From: Octopus sinensis
Lineage: Eukaryota
Reading direction: 5' to 3'
Assembly: GCF_006345805.1 (NCBI RefSeq)
Contig: NC_043000.1
Coordinates: forward strand, 124,682,001-124,746,000
DNA: 64,000 nt
The position numbers were made by a program, and so were the translations under genes. Under the pieces are notes generated by a model. The model was given only the letters and a program-made list of their open reading frames with translations. It ran no database searches and was not told the origin of the DNA. Positions 38,225-51,002 of the stretch are shown here, one piece after another (within the stretch, counting starts at the first letter, position 1; every line of letters starts with the position of its first letter).

Positions 38225-39082
38225 TATATATGCATACATATATATGATATCTATGTATATCTAACTCTCTCTATATATGTATATATGTGTGTGTGTGTTG
38301 TCTCCTTGCCTTGACATTATGTGGGGTTGTAAACAAGTGTCACCTATATGTAAGTGGTGTCCTTTATGACAATCAGCTGTGAGGGTATATTTGGTCATGG
38401 GGAAATAATACCTTACTTGGAAACAGAAAGGGAATCTGGCAGTAGAAACTCTGCTTATTCTGTCTGAGTCATGCAAGCATGGAAAAACTGACTGTTGAAA
38501 TGAGGATGATGATGGCAATGATAATGATGATGATGATGATGGTGTGTGTGTGTTAATGTGAGTGTATTTGACAACTTGATCACTGGTGTTGGTTTGTTTA
38601 TATCCCTGTAACTAAGCTGCCTGGCAAACAGGATTGACAGAACATGTACCAGACCCAGACATAAGGAAATATACGTACCGAGATTGATTTGTCTGACTAA
38701 ACACTTCAAGGCATGGCTACAGTTCAACGAGTGAAACTAGTAAAAAAAAAAAAATAAAATTCAGAAATAGTTTATAGTCATACAACCATTTACCCACCCA
38801 CAAATGGTATTTGTAGAATATGAATCTGACTTACAGTGTATCTTTGAGAAAAGCACTCACTTCTACAGAGGAAACTAAGCATTAAGTTTTCAATTTAAGG
38901 TGGGAAATCTACATGAATTAGAAGTTTGTCTTTCCTCCGAGATGAAATTTATTAAAAAAAAAAAAAAAAACATTTTATAACCTATACTGTAAAAATATTA
39001 TATATTCTATTTTTCCAATATTATTGATGTATTGATTAAAATTTTATTTCAAGTAGCATTGATTAAAACATTGTATTTCCAG

Positions 39083-39146
39083 TTCTATTGATAAATTGAT
39101 TAAGATCATTAAAACCAATGTTTTCTTTCTTTTTCAATATTCTGAT
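39083..39146 (+). CDS. Candidate 64-nt exon (SIDKLIKIIKTNVFFLFQYSD)
   Basis: ttgtatttccAG acceptor and GAT|gtatgg donor in unique AT-rich DNA. Confidence 0.25.
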
Positions 39147-39499
39147 GTATGGCATACATTTTTCAAATAAGGATTTTACTTAAAATATAGAAATCTCTTA
39201 ATCTTGTGGGGGAAAAAGAAAGAAAGAAAAGCAACACAAATACAAGTACACATACACATATATGACTAATAATGATGATAATAGAACAAAAAAAAAAGAA
39301 GAAAAATTTCTGTACACATTGATTTTTCTTTGTTGAAATTATCGACATATTTCAGAACATTTGGCCAAGATTTTTTTTTATACGTGACTGAGAAACTTTC
39401 AAAATTGCTTTAACATTTTTTTCACTTCTGTTTTATTCATGTTTACGCAACATAAAAGACTATAAAAAGAAATAAGAAAGTAATTAGAGCCAATCTCAG

Positions 39500-39780
39500 C
39501 ATATCCCCACAGACCCTCGAAAGTGACCTTTTGTATTCTGTTTTTTCCTTCTTAGATTAGAACTTAAAGTCTGCTAGGCTCGTAAAGTCAAGTGCTTTGC
39601 TCCATTAGTCTTAAATACTAGTTAGAATTGTTAAGCAGATGAAAAATGGATTTTCTCCAAGATGACTTTAACAGTTTCTTGTAGGTAGTTTTCCTCTAGG
39701 TTCTGCTGTTTGATGGTATTTCATGATATTTCATGGTGTTTGATGTCTTCAGCTGTGTATAATGTCTTCATACCCTTTCA
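39500..39780 (-). mobile_element. Decayed RTE-like fragment
   Basis: TLYTAEDIKH..KYHQ resembles the RTE post-RT motif. Confidence 0.4.
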
Positions 39781-40226
39781 TTCTTTTACTGGTCTCATTC
39801 ATTAGAAATCACAGCCACTCTGGGGGACCACCTTCAAGGGGTTTTGTGATAAATCATATCGATTGCAGAACTTGTTCTAAGTTTGGTATGCGTTTTATTG
39901 ATCTCTAAGTTAACATTTTTAGTCAATCGGATCTATGTTAATCTGCTTCTTTAAAGACTTTTTTTTTATATAATTAATAATTTTTAATTTTTAGGAAATT
40001 TTTTTCTGCTCCTAGCATCTAATGAGATAAAAGTTTCCTATGTACTCACGAAACTTCATGTCATGTGGACCTGACATACTGTTATAAAATGCACAATACC
40101 CCCAGGTTGGCCAAGACCTTGTGAAGAATTTGGTCGTCGAAAATTATGAGGAAGCCCATCATATACGTGTATGTGTGTTTGTGTTTGTCCCCAGAAAACA
40201 CTTAATAATCGATGTTGGTTTGTTTA

Positions 40227-40269
<43 letters not shown>

Positions 40270-40409
40270 ACATCAGAATAAATACAACAGGTTGGTATTT
40301 TGAATGCATTTAATATGCATGTTTCTAGTAGTTATTTAGGATAATGCTTACATAATACTACCTTCTTTAGTCAGTATTTAAAACTCACACACAAATATAT
40401 GTATCTCTT

Positions 40410-40814
40410 TTTCTCTTTTCTCTTTTACTTGTTTCAGTCATTTGACTGCGGCCATGCTGGAGCACCGCCTTTAATCGAGCAACTCAACCCCGGGACTTAT
40501 TATTTGTAAGCCCAGTACTTATTCTATCGGTCTCTTTTTTGCCAAACCGCTAAGTGACGGGGACGTAAACACACCAGCATCGGTTGTCAAGCGATGCTAG
40601 GGGGACAAACACAGACACACAAACACACACATATATATATATACATATATACGACAGGCTTCTTTCAGTTTCCGTCTACCAAATCCACTCACAAGGCATT
40701 GGTCGGCCTGGGGCTATAGCAGAAGACACTTGCCCAAGATGCCACACAGTGGGACTGAACCCGGAACCATGTGGTTGGTTAGCAAGCTACTTACCACACA
40801 GCCACTCCTGCGCC
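40410..40814 (-). mobile_element. SINE family A, young full-length copy
   Basis: Retains most CpGs. Confidence 0.9.
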
Positions 40815-41072
40815 TATGTATGTATTTTTTATATTAAAGCTTCAAAAACATCGGAAAAAACTTCTATTTAGTGTTTCACATTTCTATTTGTCTGGCAGTT
40901 GTGATCAAGAATGGAATAAAAATAGAAGTTTTTTGTGATGTTTTTGCAACTTTGATATGAAAGGCAGCATATTACTCTACCTTTGGTTTTTTTTTCACCT
41001 TGTTTTGCATTTATGTGTTTACTTGTGTGTATATGTATATGTATGTATATATATATGTGTGTGTGTATATGC

Positions 41073-41111
<39 letters not shown>

Positions 41112-41309
41112 AGTATATATGAGTTAGAGGTTAGACAACCATCTAAGGGATAATAAATATCCAATATACTCACTCATTATATATTCATTCGTTTGTTTTT
41201 TATTTGTTTATTTATTTATTCATATGACTCAAATTAATAAATAGATTTAGCTAATGTTTGTCAATTAATTATCTTCTCCATTTTCTTCCTTGCCTTATAT
41301 AATATATAT

Positions 41310-41409
<100 letters not shown>

Positions 41410-41449
41410 TATATACATATATATATATATATGTATATATGTATATATA

Positions 41450-41641
41450 TTCTTTTATTTGTTTCAGTCACTTGACTGTGGCCATGCTGGAGCACCACCT
41501 TTAGTAGAACAAATCGAGCCCAGGTCTTATTCTTTTTAAGCCTAGTACTTATTCTAATTGTCTCTTTTGCCAAACCAATAAGTTACGGGGAGGTAACACA
41601 CCAACATCAGTTGCAAAACGATGGTGGGGGGACAAACACAG

Positions 41642-41679
<38 letters not shown>

Positions 41680-41838
41680 GGGCTTCTTTCAGTTTCCACC
41701 TACCAAATCCACTCACAAGGCTTTGGTCAACCCGAGGCTATTGTAGAAGACACTTGCCCAAGGTGGCACACAGTGGAACTGAACCTGGGACCATGTGGTT
41801 GGTAAGCAAGATACTTACCACACAGCCACTCCTGCGCC
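41450..41838 (-). mobile_element. SINE family A
   Basis: As for the other family A copies. Confidence 0.9.
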
Positions 41839-41844
41839 TACAAC

Positions 41845-41878
<34 letters not shown>

Positions 41879-42424
41879 GTATATGTGCAAGAATGATTTC
41901 AAAGGGATATGTAATCCTGGTGGTTACCGTATTTCCTCTTAAGTCAGTTTTGTAGGCCAGCTAACTACAAAAGAATTCTGTAAATAACTGTTTAATAAAA
42001 GTATAGATGTGGAAAATTTCCATTCTCCTGATTATTATTAACACTCTATGTATATTATATATATATATATATAGATATCATATTATATTTATAGGATATA
42101 TGCACTGTGTATGCATATACATGCATACATACATACATACATAACATACATACATACATACAAACATACATACATAGATACATAGATACATATGTACATA
42201 CATATATTTATGCACACACACACACACACATGCATAGACACACAAACATATAGGCTTCAGTAGAGTTTTCTGTCTATTAAACTTCAATCACAAAGTATTG
42301 GTTCAGCCAATACTTTAGAAGATGCTAATCCAAAGTGCTACACAGTGGGACTGAACCTGAAATCACATGGTAGCAAATGGATCAAAATCTTCATTGATGA
42401 ATTATATAGAATTAAGCGAAGTTC

Positions 42425-42456
<32 letters not shown>

Positions 42457-42460
42457 TGAG

Positions 42461-42497
<37 letters not shown>

Positions 42498-43060
42498 AAG
42501 AGAGAGAGCGAAAGAGAAAAGGAAGGTTTATTCACTCTGAGCTGATCTGCGACCTAAGCATCACCATCATCATCATCATCATCATCATCATCATAGTCAG
42601 GATCATTATGATTGTCATCATGATGATGGTCATTATGACGTAATGCATCTGAGCACTTGATGCAATAAGCTCATCATCATCATCATCATTATCATCATCA
42701 TCATTGTCATCATTGTTGTCATTGACGTCATTGTGGCCATGGTCATCATCATCATCATCATTGCCATTGTCATTGCCACTGTCTTCATCATCGTTATCAT
42801 CATCATCATCATCATCATCATCACCATCATCAGCAACAACAACAACTTCTATATATTGAAAATAAAACACGACTAAGAGACTTTCCCTGCTGTCTGTTAC
42901 AAACTTGGATTTTAGTGTTTACCACATTTATCATTAGGCTTTTTGAGTTTTGGTCTCTGTTCCTATGTTTGAAATATTTTTAGCTGACCTCTAACAGACA
43001 CAGAAAAATATTGCTATAAATTTCTGTCATATGTGTATTCTGTTATAATTGAATTCATAG

Positions 43061-43109
43061 ATCGCTAGAAAAGATTTCCATTGGTGACAAATTTTCAAAG
43101 AAAGTTTAT
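43061..43109 (+). CDS. Candidate 49-nt exon (SLEKISIGDKFSKKVY)
   Basis: attcatAG acceptor, TAT|gtatgt donor, one open frame. Confidence 0.2.
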
Positions 43110-44425
43110 GTATGTACAGCAAATTTTGCGGGGTAAATATTTCCATTAATGACAAACTTAAAAAAACTTTATAGCTGGAAATACTTTGTTATGGAAACAA
43201 AAATTCTAAGAAAATTTCTTATCTATATTTATTTTGAAAGTCTAAAACAAATTTGTCTAAAACACTGACTTCTTGAGGCAACTTCTCATAGATAGATTAT
43301 CAGGAGAAAAATTTAATATCTTGTTCTAAGAAATATTTTGAATTAGTGAGAGAACACAGGAGAAAGTTTCTATATCATTAAAAATGCATCTCACTTTCTC
43401 TACGTAATTCTGTTTTAATATTCTCGGCTCAGTTTCGTTTGATTAACTTATTTCCTTTGATTAATTTCCAAAGTTGATTTGTATTCTTTCATTTTCCTTC
43501 CTGTCTTATTTCTTCCACCGATTCCTTCTTTTGTAGTAACTTGTCTATTATCTTATATTTAATTCTCGACTTTATTGTTTGTTTGGTTCCCTTCGGTCGA
43601 TTTTGGTTATTCTATTTTGCATTATTATTTTTATTACTTTTCAGCATATTATATATTAATACCAAAGAGTATTTTGAGGCCTTCATTTTCACATCAAAGG
43701 TTTGCTTATTTTTATTTTGAGATGCAAGAGATTTTAGCTCAATTCCTGCTTCAGTTAACCCTGTCATGTTGATTTATTCATGCGTGAAATTTCTAAAATT
43801 TCGATCTTTCTTTCCGTTTTCTTTCTTTTTTTTTTTGTTTCGTAAATATAACCACTGAAGAATTATCAAGAATTAAAAGCCAAAATAAGATAGGAAGTTA
43901 TTTCAAACCTAATTTTTTGTGTTAATACAAGGCTTAGAGTCAAAGTATAACAAATTAATTTTTTAATTCTTTTTCAAATGGATGCTCATTTAACGAATGA
44001 TTTCTTTCTAAAGCACATTGTCATTTTTTTCAAGGAGTTTAATCAATTTGATTAACTTTTGTATTGTACAAACATTTGTTGTTGTTATAGTTGTTAATGT
44101 TGTTGTTATCATTGTTGCTGTTTTTAGGCCCAAGTTGGTCCTTATGTACCAAGCTTATGATCAAAAGTGTTTCACTTATAACCTGATATCTTTTAATTAA
44201 GATATAGTATATTTAATACCATTTATCCAGTATACTCTTCCTTTTATAAGATTGGAGGGGGATTTGGTCACTATATCCAGCAACTTGTATATGTATATGT
44301 ATGAGAGGTTTTGGTATCCAGAAGAACAAATTGGCAGGTAATCTGTTTCAACACACGACTTCACATAAAAATCTTGCACAACAAATATACAAACGTACAT
44401 ATGTATATATGTATATATGCATATG

Positions 44426-44480
<55 letters not shown>

Positions 44481-44585
44481 CATATGTATATATATACGCC
44501 ATGATAGATTGTTAGCTACTACACACATTTAAACTTTCCCTTTATATATATAGGCATATGTATATATATATATATATATATATGC

Positions 44586-44625
<40 letters not shown>

Positions 44626-44628
44626 AAA

Positions 44629-44665
<37 letters not shown>

Positions 44666-44684
44666 CATAATCATCATATCATCA

Positions 44685-46502
44685 TCATCATCATCATCAT
44701 CATCATTTAATGTCCGCTTTCCATGCTAGCATGGGTTGGACGGTGCAACTGGGGTCTGGGGAGCCCGAAGGCTGCACCAGGCCAGTCAGATCTGGCAGTG
44801 TTTCTACAGCTGGATGCCCTTCCTAACGCCAACCACTCCGAGAGTGTAGTGGGTGATTTTATGTGCCACCGACACAGGTGCCAGACGAAGCTGGCGAACG
44901 GCCACGCTCGGATGGTGTTTTTATGTGCCACCGACACAGGTGCCAGACAAGGCTGCAGAAGACCACGCTCGGTGGTTTTGTTTTTATGTGCCACCGACAC
45001 AGGTGCCAGACGAGGCTGGCGAACGGCCACGCTCGGATGTGTTTTTATGTGCCACCGACACAGGTGCCAGACAAGGCTAGCAGACGACCACGCTCGGATG
45101 GTGTTTTTTTTTTTATTTATGTGCCACCGACACAGGTGCCAGATTAGGCTGGCGATCGGCCATGATTGGATGGTGATTGTTACGTGCCCACAGCATGGAG
45201 GCCAGTCGGTGCGGTACTGGCTACGGCCACGTTCGGATGGTTTTCTTGTGTGCCACCGGCACTGGTACCACAAAGATACAAATTCCATTGATGTTCATCT
45301 ATTTTGATTTTGTTTGATTTTCACTTGCCTCAACAGGTCTTCACAAGTGTCACAAGAAGGAAGGTATGCACAGGTGGACTGACTACGTCCCAGGTAGGGG
45401 CCACGGGTTATGGCCTGACTAGTCTTGCCGGGTCTTCTCACGCACAGCATACTTCCATAGGTCTTGGTCTCTAGTCATTTCCTTGGTGAGAGCTAAAGTT
45501 CGTAGGTCGTGCTTCACCACTTCGTCCCAGGTTTTCCTGGGTCTACCTCTTCCACAGGTTCCCTCAACTGCTAGGGTGTAGCACTTTTGCACACAACTAT
45601 CTTCAGCCATTCTCGTCATATGACCATACCAGTGCAGCCGTCTCTCTTGCACACCACAACTGACGCTTCTTAGGTTCAACTTTTCTCTCAAGGTACACAC
45701 TCTGACGATTATGAACACTGACATTAACATCCATCGGAGCATACTGGCTTCATTTCTTGCGAGCTTACGCATATCCTCAGCAGTCACGGCCCATGTTTCA
45801 CTACCATGTAGCATGGCTGTACGTACACATGCATCATAAAGTCTGCCTTTTACTCTGAGCGAGAGGCCTTTTGTCACCAGCAGGGGTAAGAGCTCTCTAA
45901 ACTTTGCCCAGGCTATTCTTACTCTAGCAGTTACACTTTCAGCACACCCACCCCCGTACTGACTGACTTGGTCTCCTAGGTAGCGGAAGCTATCAACTAC
46001 TTCTAGTTTGTCTCCCTGGAACGTGGTAGCAGTTGGTCTCTGCACATTTCCAGTGTTTATTTCTCCTGAGCATCTGCCACATACGAAAACTATCTTCCCA
46101 GTTAGCCTACCTTCGACATTGCTGCACCTCTTATGTGTCCATAGCTTACACTTGGTGCACCTTATAGAGTTTCTACCTACACCTTTTTTACAGATCGAGC
46201 AGGGCCATCTACCTGAAGTCGTTTGTGGTTGGTCCACCTTCCTACTTATTAGGACTTTGGTTTTGGCTAGGTTGATTCTAAGGCCCTTCGATTCTAATCC
46301 TTGTTTCCACACCTGAAACTTCTCCTCCAGTTCTGATAGTGACTCAGCAATTAGAGCAAGGTCATCAGCATAGAGGAGCTCCCAGGGGCATCCTGTCTTA
46401 AATTCTTCCGTTATTGCCTGGAGGACTATGATAAATAGGAGGGGGCTGAGGACTGAACCTTGGTGGACCCCAACCTCTACCCAGAATTCTTCACTGTACT
46501 CA
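44685..46502 (-). mobile_element. 5'-truncated RTE-clade LINE: RT C-terminal half, PHD-like finger, 3' UTR, (GAT)n tail
   Basis: GVHQGSVLSPLLF, LLYADDL, SFRYLG, LHGSETW and RRLHWYGH motifs in ORF 45419-46500; sequence upstream of 46500 is microsatellite. Confidence 0.95.
44853..45270. repeat. ~55-60 bp tandem modules, ~7 copies, in the LINE 3' UTR
   Basis: TTTTATGTGCCACCGACACAGGTGCCAGA repeated. Confidence 0.9.
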
Positions 46503-46641
46503 TATATATATATACAAACTACTTTCAGTTTCTGTCTACTGGATCCACTACTATAGTAGTAGCACTTGAGAAGGTGCCATGTAGTGGCACTGAGGCCAGG
46601 ACCATATGGCTGAGTATGCATATGTGTATATGTACATATAA

Positions 46642-46692
<51 letters not shown>

Positions 46693-46899
46693 GATATATA
46701 TATATATATATATATAAATATACATATATATATATATATATATATATGCATATAAATATATATATAACGTTAAACCCTCCTTCTTTCCTTCCTTCCTGAG
46801 CGTCCAATAATACTATATTTGTTCCATGTCCTTGCGTTGTTGTGTTTTTTGTCTTTGTGTTTTCATGTTTGGATTAACTTTATATATATATATATATAT

Positions 46900-48356
46900 T
46901 GTTGTATTTGGGGATGGTCATGTTGCCAGTTTACCCAATAAAACACATGCACTATATATTTGGTGTTCATTTGCTTCAGCTTTATTTCATATTAATTGTA
47001 TTTTGCCCAGAGTTCTTTCGTCACACTTCTGTGATCTCAGTAGTGGACTTTTGCTTTCTTTCTTTTTCACTTCCCTACTTCCTAATGATCTGCCATTTTG
47101 TATTCCTGTTGTATGTGTCTTTATTTGTGTATAAGTATATCCCTGTGTGTGTCTATGTTTAGTGTGTGTGTGGAAATATGCATGGTACCAACATTATCAG
47201 TATTCCCTGTTTATTCACGTTCTTTTAATTTAATTTAAACTATTTTATTCATCTGTTTTTATCTACTTACTCTTCCCTTTCTTTCTTTTTATTTGTATTA
47301 ATTTAATTTAAACTATTTTATTGTATTTTGTTTATGTATATAATTATTTAATTCCACTTATTTATCTGTCTATTGTATTAGTTTCATATTATTATTAGTT
47401 TATGGGGATCTTATTCTGTGATAGGTTGTGGTATGTGGGGGAGGTGTGTGCTAGTGTACCATTTTAGTTTTCTATTTAGGTTAGGTTTGTCTTCTATTAT
47501 GTGTGTATCTTTTGTAATTTGTAGAAGCCTTGCATTCATTCTATATGTAGGAAAGATTATAATGTTTATGCTGTTGAGTGAGTCCCTGTGTTGCTGTTTG
47601 GCATGCTGGTATAGAACTGATGAGCTCTTCTCTTCCTTAAGTTCCCTCCAATGCTCATTTACCCACTCTCCTATGCTCCGAGCTGTCTCCCCTATGTACA
47701 TCTTGTCTTGTTACTGCACCATCCCTCTGCACATCTTATTCTATAGACTACATTCCTAGCTTTACAGTTTGTGGGCTAAATCTACATACAATACAAAACC
47801 TTTATATACTTGGTTCCTATCAGTACAGGGTGTTCTATTAAAAGGGTAGGTTATACTGATTAGGGATTTGACATGGTTACCTGGCCTTTCTACTACCTGA
47901 ATTCTTAGCTTAAGCTTGTCTTGGGCCCTTCTAAAGCGGTACACCAGTTCACCTGAAGGGGTGGTGTCAATGAACATGACTCTCTGGTATTTGTGGCTAT
48001 CATACCATGAGTTGGCTTTCCCTATTTTCTTCTTAGTCCTTTCAATGGTATTCCATGACTTGCTCCTATAGAGTGGGCAAATCCCATTCTTATCGTTATG
48101 TATGACAGTTTCACATTTCCTCATGGCTCCTTTACACACTCTGATCCTTTCTTTATGGCTGTATCTTGAGAACTGCATGTGGTGAACGAAGTGTTGTATG
48201 TGTCTCTTTAACTCCGTAGGGTCGCACATGCAGGATACATTTCTCATTACTCTGATGGGGTCTGCCATCAATATATTGAATTTGGCATTGTTTGCGATAG
48301 CTGATACAACAACATCTGTTTCAACACACAAATTCACATCAAGAATCTTGCAAAAT
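46900..48356 (-). mobile_element. Penelope-like element, 5'-truncated: RT thumb, Cys linker, GIY-YIG endonuclease, 3' pLTR
   Basis: PLYRSKSWN..TPSGEL..IQVVERPG..PF; FCIVC..CKARNVVYRIRC; YIGETARSIGEWVNEH..LYQHAKQQH..KPNLN; frameshifted. Confidence 0.85.
47005..47047 (-). ncRNA. Hammerhead-like motif, family 3, in the PLE 3' repeat
   Basis: GTCCA-CTACTGA-G-ATCAC-AGAAGT-GTGAC-GAAA-GAACTC-TGGGC; two core substitutions; sense to the PLE ORF. Confidence 0.6.
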
Positions 48357-48378
48357 GAATATATACATATATATATAT

Positions 48379-48447
<69 letters not shown>

Positions 48448-50619
48448 TTCACCCACTATATATATATATAAAACAAAATTTCATTACGATAAATGGTCTC
48501 TTTCCAGAAACACAATATGAAATTCTATGAGAGTGGAGTTACTTCAAATTTCAAATAATCACTACTTCAAGTAATCAGAAATTTGATCTTTTAATATATT
48601 TATTTCACATCATTCAATACCTTTCTCAAAATACTTTATTGGTTTGGCTGTTTAGTTGAAGATATGCTGCCAAATGGAGTTAAAATCTTCTCCATATTCT
48701 TATACATCTTTCTTCTCTATGTGTTTTATTAGACTAGATACAGTCTATTTTGGCAAATCTTGGAGAATCATAATGCCAATAATAAACAACAATTTATTAA
48801 ATTAATCGTTCAGTCAATCAACCAATCAGTTAGATTTGTCAAAGTCATTTCCATCGGCATTCACAACCTCATCAATAACAAGCCCTCTCTATACCAGGGC
48901 TGCTTAATTAATTTCTTAAATGGTTGAAATCATCGTCATCATCATCACCCACACTCTCTCCTCCTCCTCCTCCTCATCCACCACCACCTCCTCCTCCACC
49001 ACCACCTCCTCCTCATCATCATCGTCATCATCATCATCATCATCATTTAACATCCGTTTACCGTGTTGGCATGGGTCAGATGATTTGACAGGAGCTGGCA
49101 AGGCCAGAAGCCACATCAGATACCAGTCTGCTTTGGTTTGGATGCCCTTCCTAATGCCAACCACTTTACAGAGTGTACTGGGTGCTTTTTACATGGCACC
49201 AGCGGCAGTACCTTTTATGGGGCACCAGCATCATTGCTTTTTATGTGGTACCAGCACCAGTGTCCTTCATGGGTAAACATTTTCAAAGTGGTTTTAGGAT
49301 ATCACTTCTGTTCTGTCCTGTTGTGGTGGGTTGGTCATCTTTACTACAGCAATGCACCACCATATATCTCAATCCTTTGTCATCTCAATAAAAAACAAAG
49401 TGAAATAGAATCAGAGCGTGTGTCTAGTATTGGCAAAATGACCCACCCAAAATACAGCAAAATATGTTTCAACTCATGAGTTCACATCAAGAATCTTGCA
49501 AACCAAATGCAAAAATGAAATACACATGCTATCTTTACATTCTTAAAACCTTTATATACTTGGTTCTTGAATGGTGCAGCAGAGTGCATTGAAGTACTGC
49601 AGAGTTTGAAAAATGTAAGTCAAAGCTTCAGAAAATCCATACTGATGTTTGAACCTTGCTGAAAAATATGTTATTCATTATTTTGTTATTCAAAAATATG
49701 ATAAATAACAGAAAATAGACCATACTTTTCTTTTTTTTCCCCCACAAACTTTAACCTAAAATAATGTTTTAAAAAAACTTTCCATATGAAGTGTACTAGT
49801 AATTTTTCATTTGATCTTCAAAAAATCAAAAAGTATACTACAAAATCAAACAGCTTAAGAACCTCTGCCTTATATTAACTATCTCCCATCAAAATATCAA
49901 AAGAAATAATTTCCATTTTAGCTCTACAGCTTTCTTTGGTTGTCCCTATGCATTGATTTTTGGATTTATTAATTTTTCTCATCATTTATGTAACAGGGAG
50001 AACAGTTTCATTACTGAAGAAGCTTTTATCTATTGGTCCAGTGAAAAGGGAACTGTGTGTTATGTGTTGTGCTATATAATCTATGAGAAGGTTTAGACTA
50101 GCCTTGGACTAGCCCTTTGACAAGCTGACATGTATATATTACGCTTGTATATATTACATGTTTGCATGTATATATTACGCTTGCCTTCACCTTTAGATAT
50201 AATATCATGCTTATGCATAAATTTCTGTGTACAGATCCATGAATTTGAATATACATATATATATATATATAAGGTAGAAAGTATGGTGGGTGATTAAATG
50301 TGGTTGAATATATATAGAAAGAAATACAATGAAAAATACAGAAAATTTGTTTTACAAGACTAAAGAATATATTAGAATTATAACTATAGTATTATACAAT
50401 ATTGTACAAAATAAGACTTTTTTTATTCCAAATTAATAACCAGTTTTTAAATTTTGAGTTTTGGATGCTATTCTGAATTAGACATTTTTGCTAGGGGGAA
50501 TAATTGGTAATCAAGGTATTTTTTGGTAAAGGGGAGGTAGATCTGTTATTTTTAATATTGCTCTACATTTGATTCTGGCTTATATCTTACAATAGATGGG
50601 GTAAATCTTTAATTTTCAA

Positions 50620-50790
50620 TATGGGCTTATGTTAAATTCTGGCTTAAATTTTTTGATAAATGAGGCTTCTTTATTTAGTCGTACTTGCATTGGGGTCCAA
50701 ATAGTGAATTGATATAATGGGAAGATTAGGAATTTTGATTGCAGTTGTTCTGAACGCTGAACATCTATCAATATGTTCACTGAGATATAT
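50620..50790 (-). mobile_element. Second PLE GIY-YIG C-terminal fragment
   Basis: LSEHIDRC.. then, after a frameshift, FLIFPLYQF..RLNKEASFIKKFKPEFN. Confidence 0.7.
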
Positions 50791-50834
50791 CTTTATGATA
50801 TATATATATATGTATATATATATGTACGTATGTA

Positions 50835-50880
<46 letters not shown>

Positions 50881-50960
50881 TGAAGTTGCAAGGTAAAGCA
50901 CGAGTGGAAATATATATGAAAGAAGGTTTGAAAATGCGATTTTAAAAGATGTTTATTCAC

Positions 50961-51002
50961 ATCTTGTGACCGGTTTCACTTTTTTAGAAAAAGATTGTCA
51001 AA
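50961..51002 (-). ncRNA. Weak hammerhead-like motif (UUGACAA core, GAAACCGGUC)
   Basis: Palindromic stem III ACCGGT with a GUC site and an A/U stem II; stem I is poor. Confidence 0.3.

Noticed and set aside
38837-38876. Minus-strand candidate exon with a CACT|gtaagt donor
   Set aside because: Isolated; such donors are expected by chance in AT-rich DNA.
43765-43800. Possible highly decayed hammerhead (CCTGTCATG..TGAAATTTC), with a similar stretch at ~21090
   Set aside because: Core and stems are too degenerate to support.
44853-45270. Repeat-spacer-like array resembling CRISPR
   Set aside because: The intervening segments are homologous to each other, the array is inside a LINE 3' UTR, and no cas genes are present in this eukaryotic context.
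45419-46807. 462-aa ORF as an intact gene from the annotated Met
   Set aside because: The N-terminal ~100 aa come from microsatellite and unrelated repeat fragments; the true LINE portion starts near 46500.
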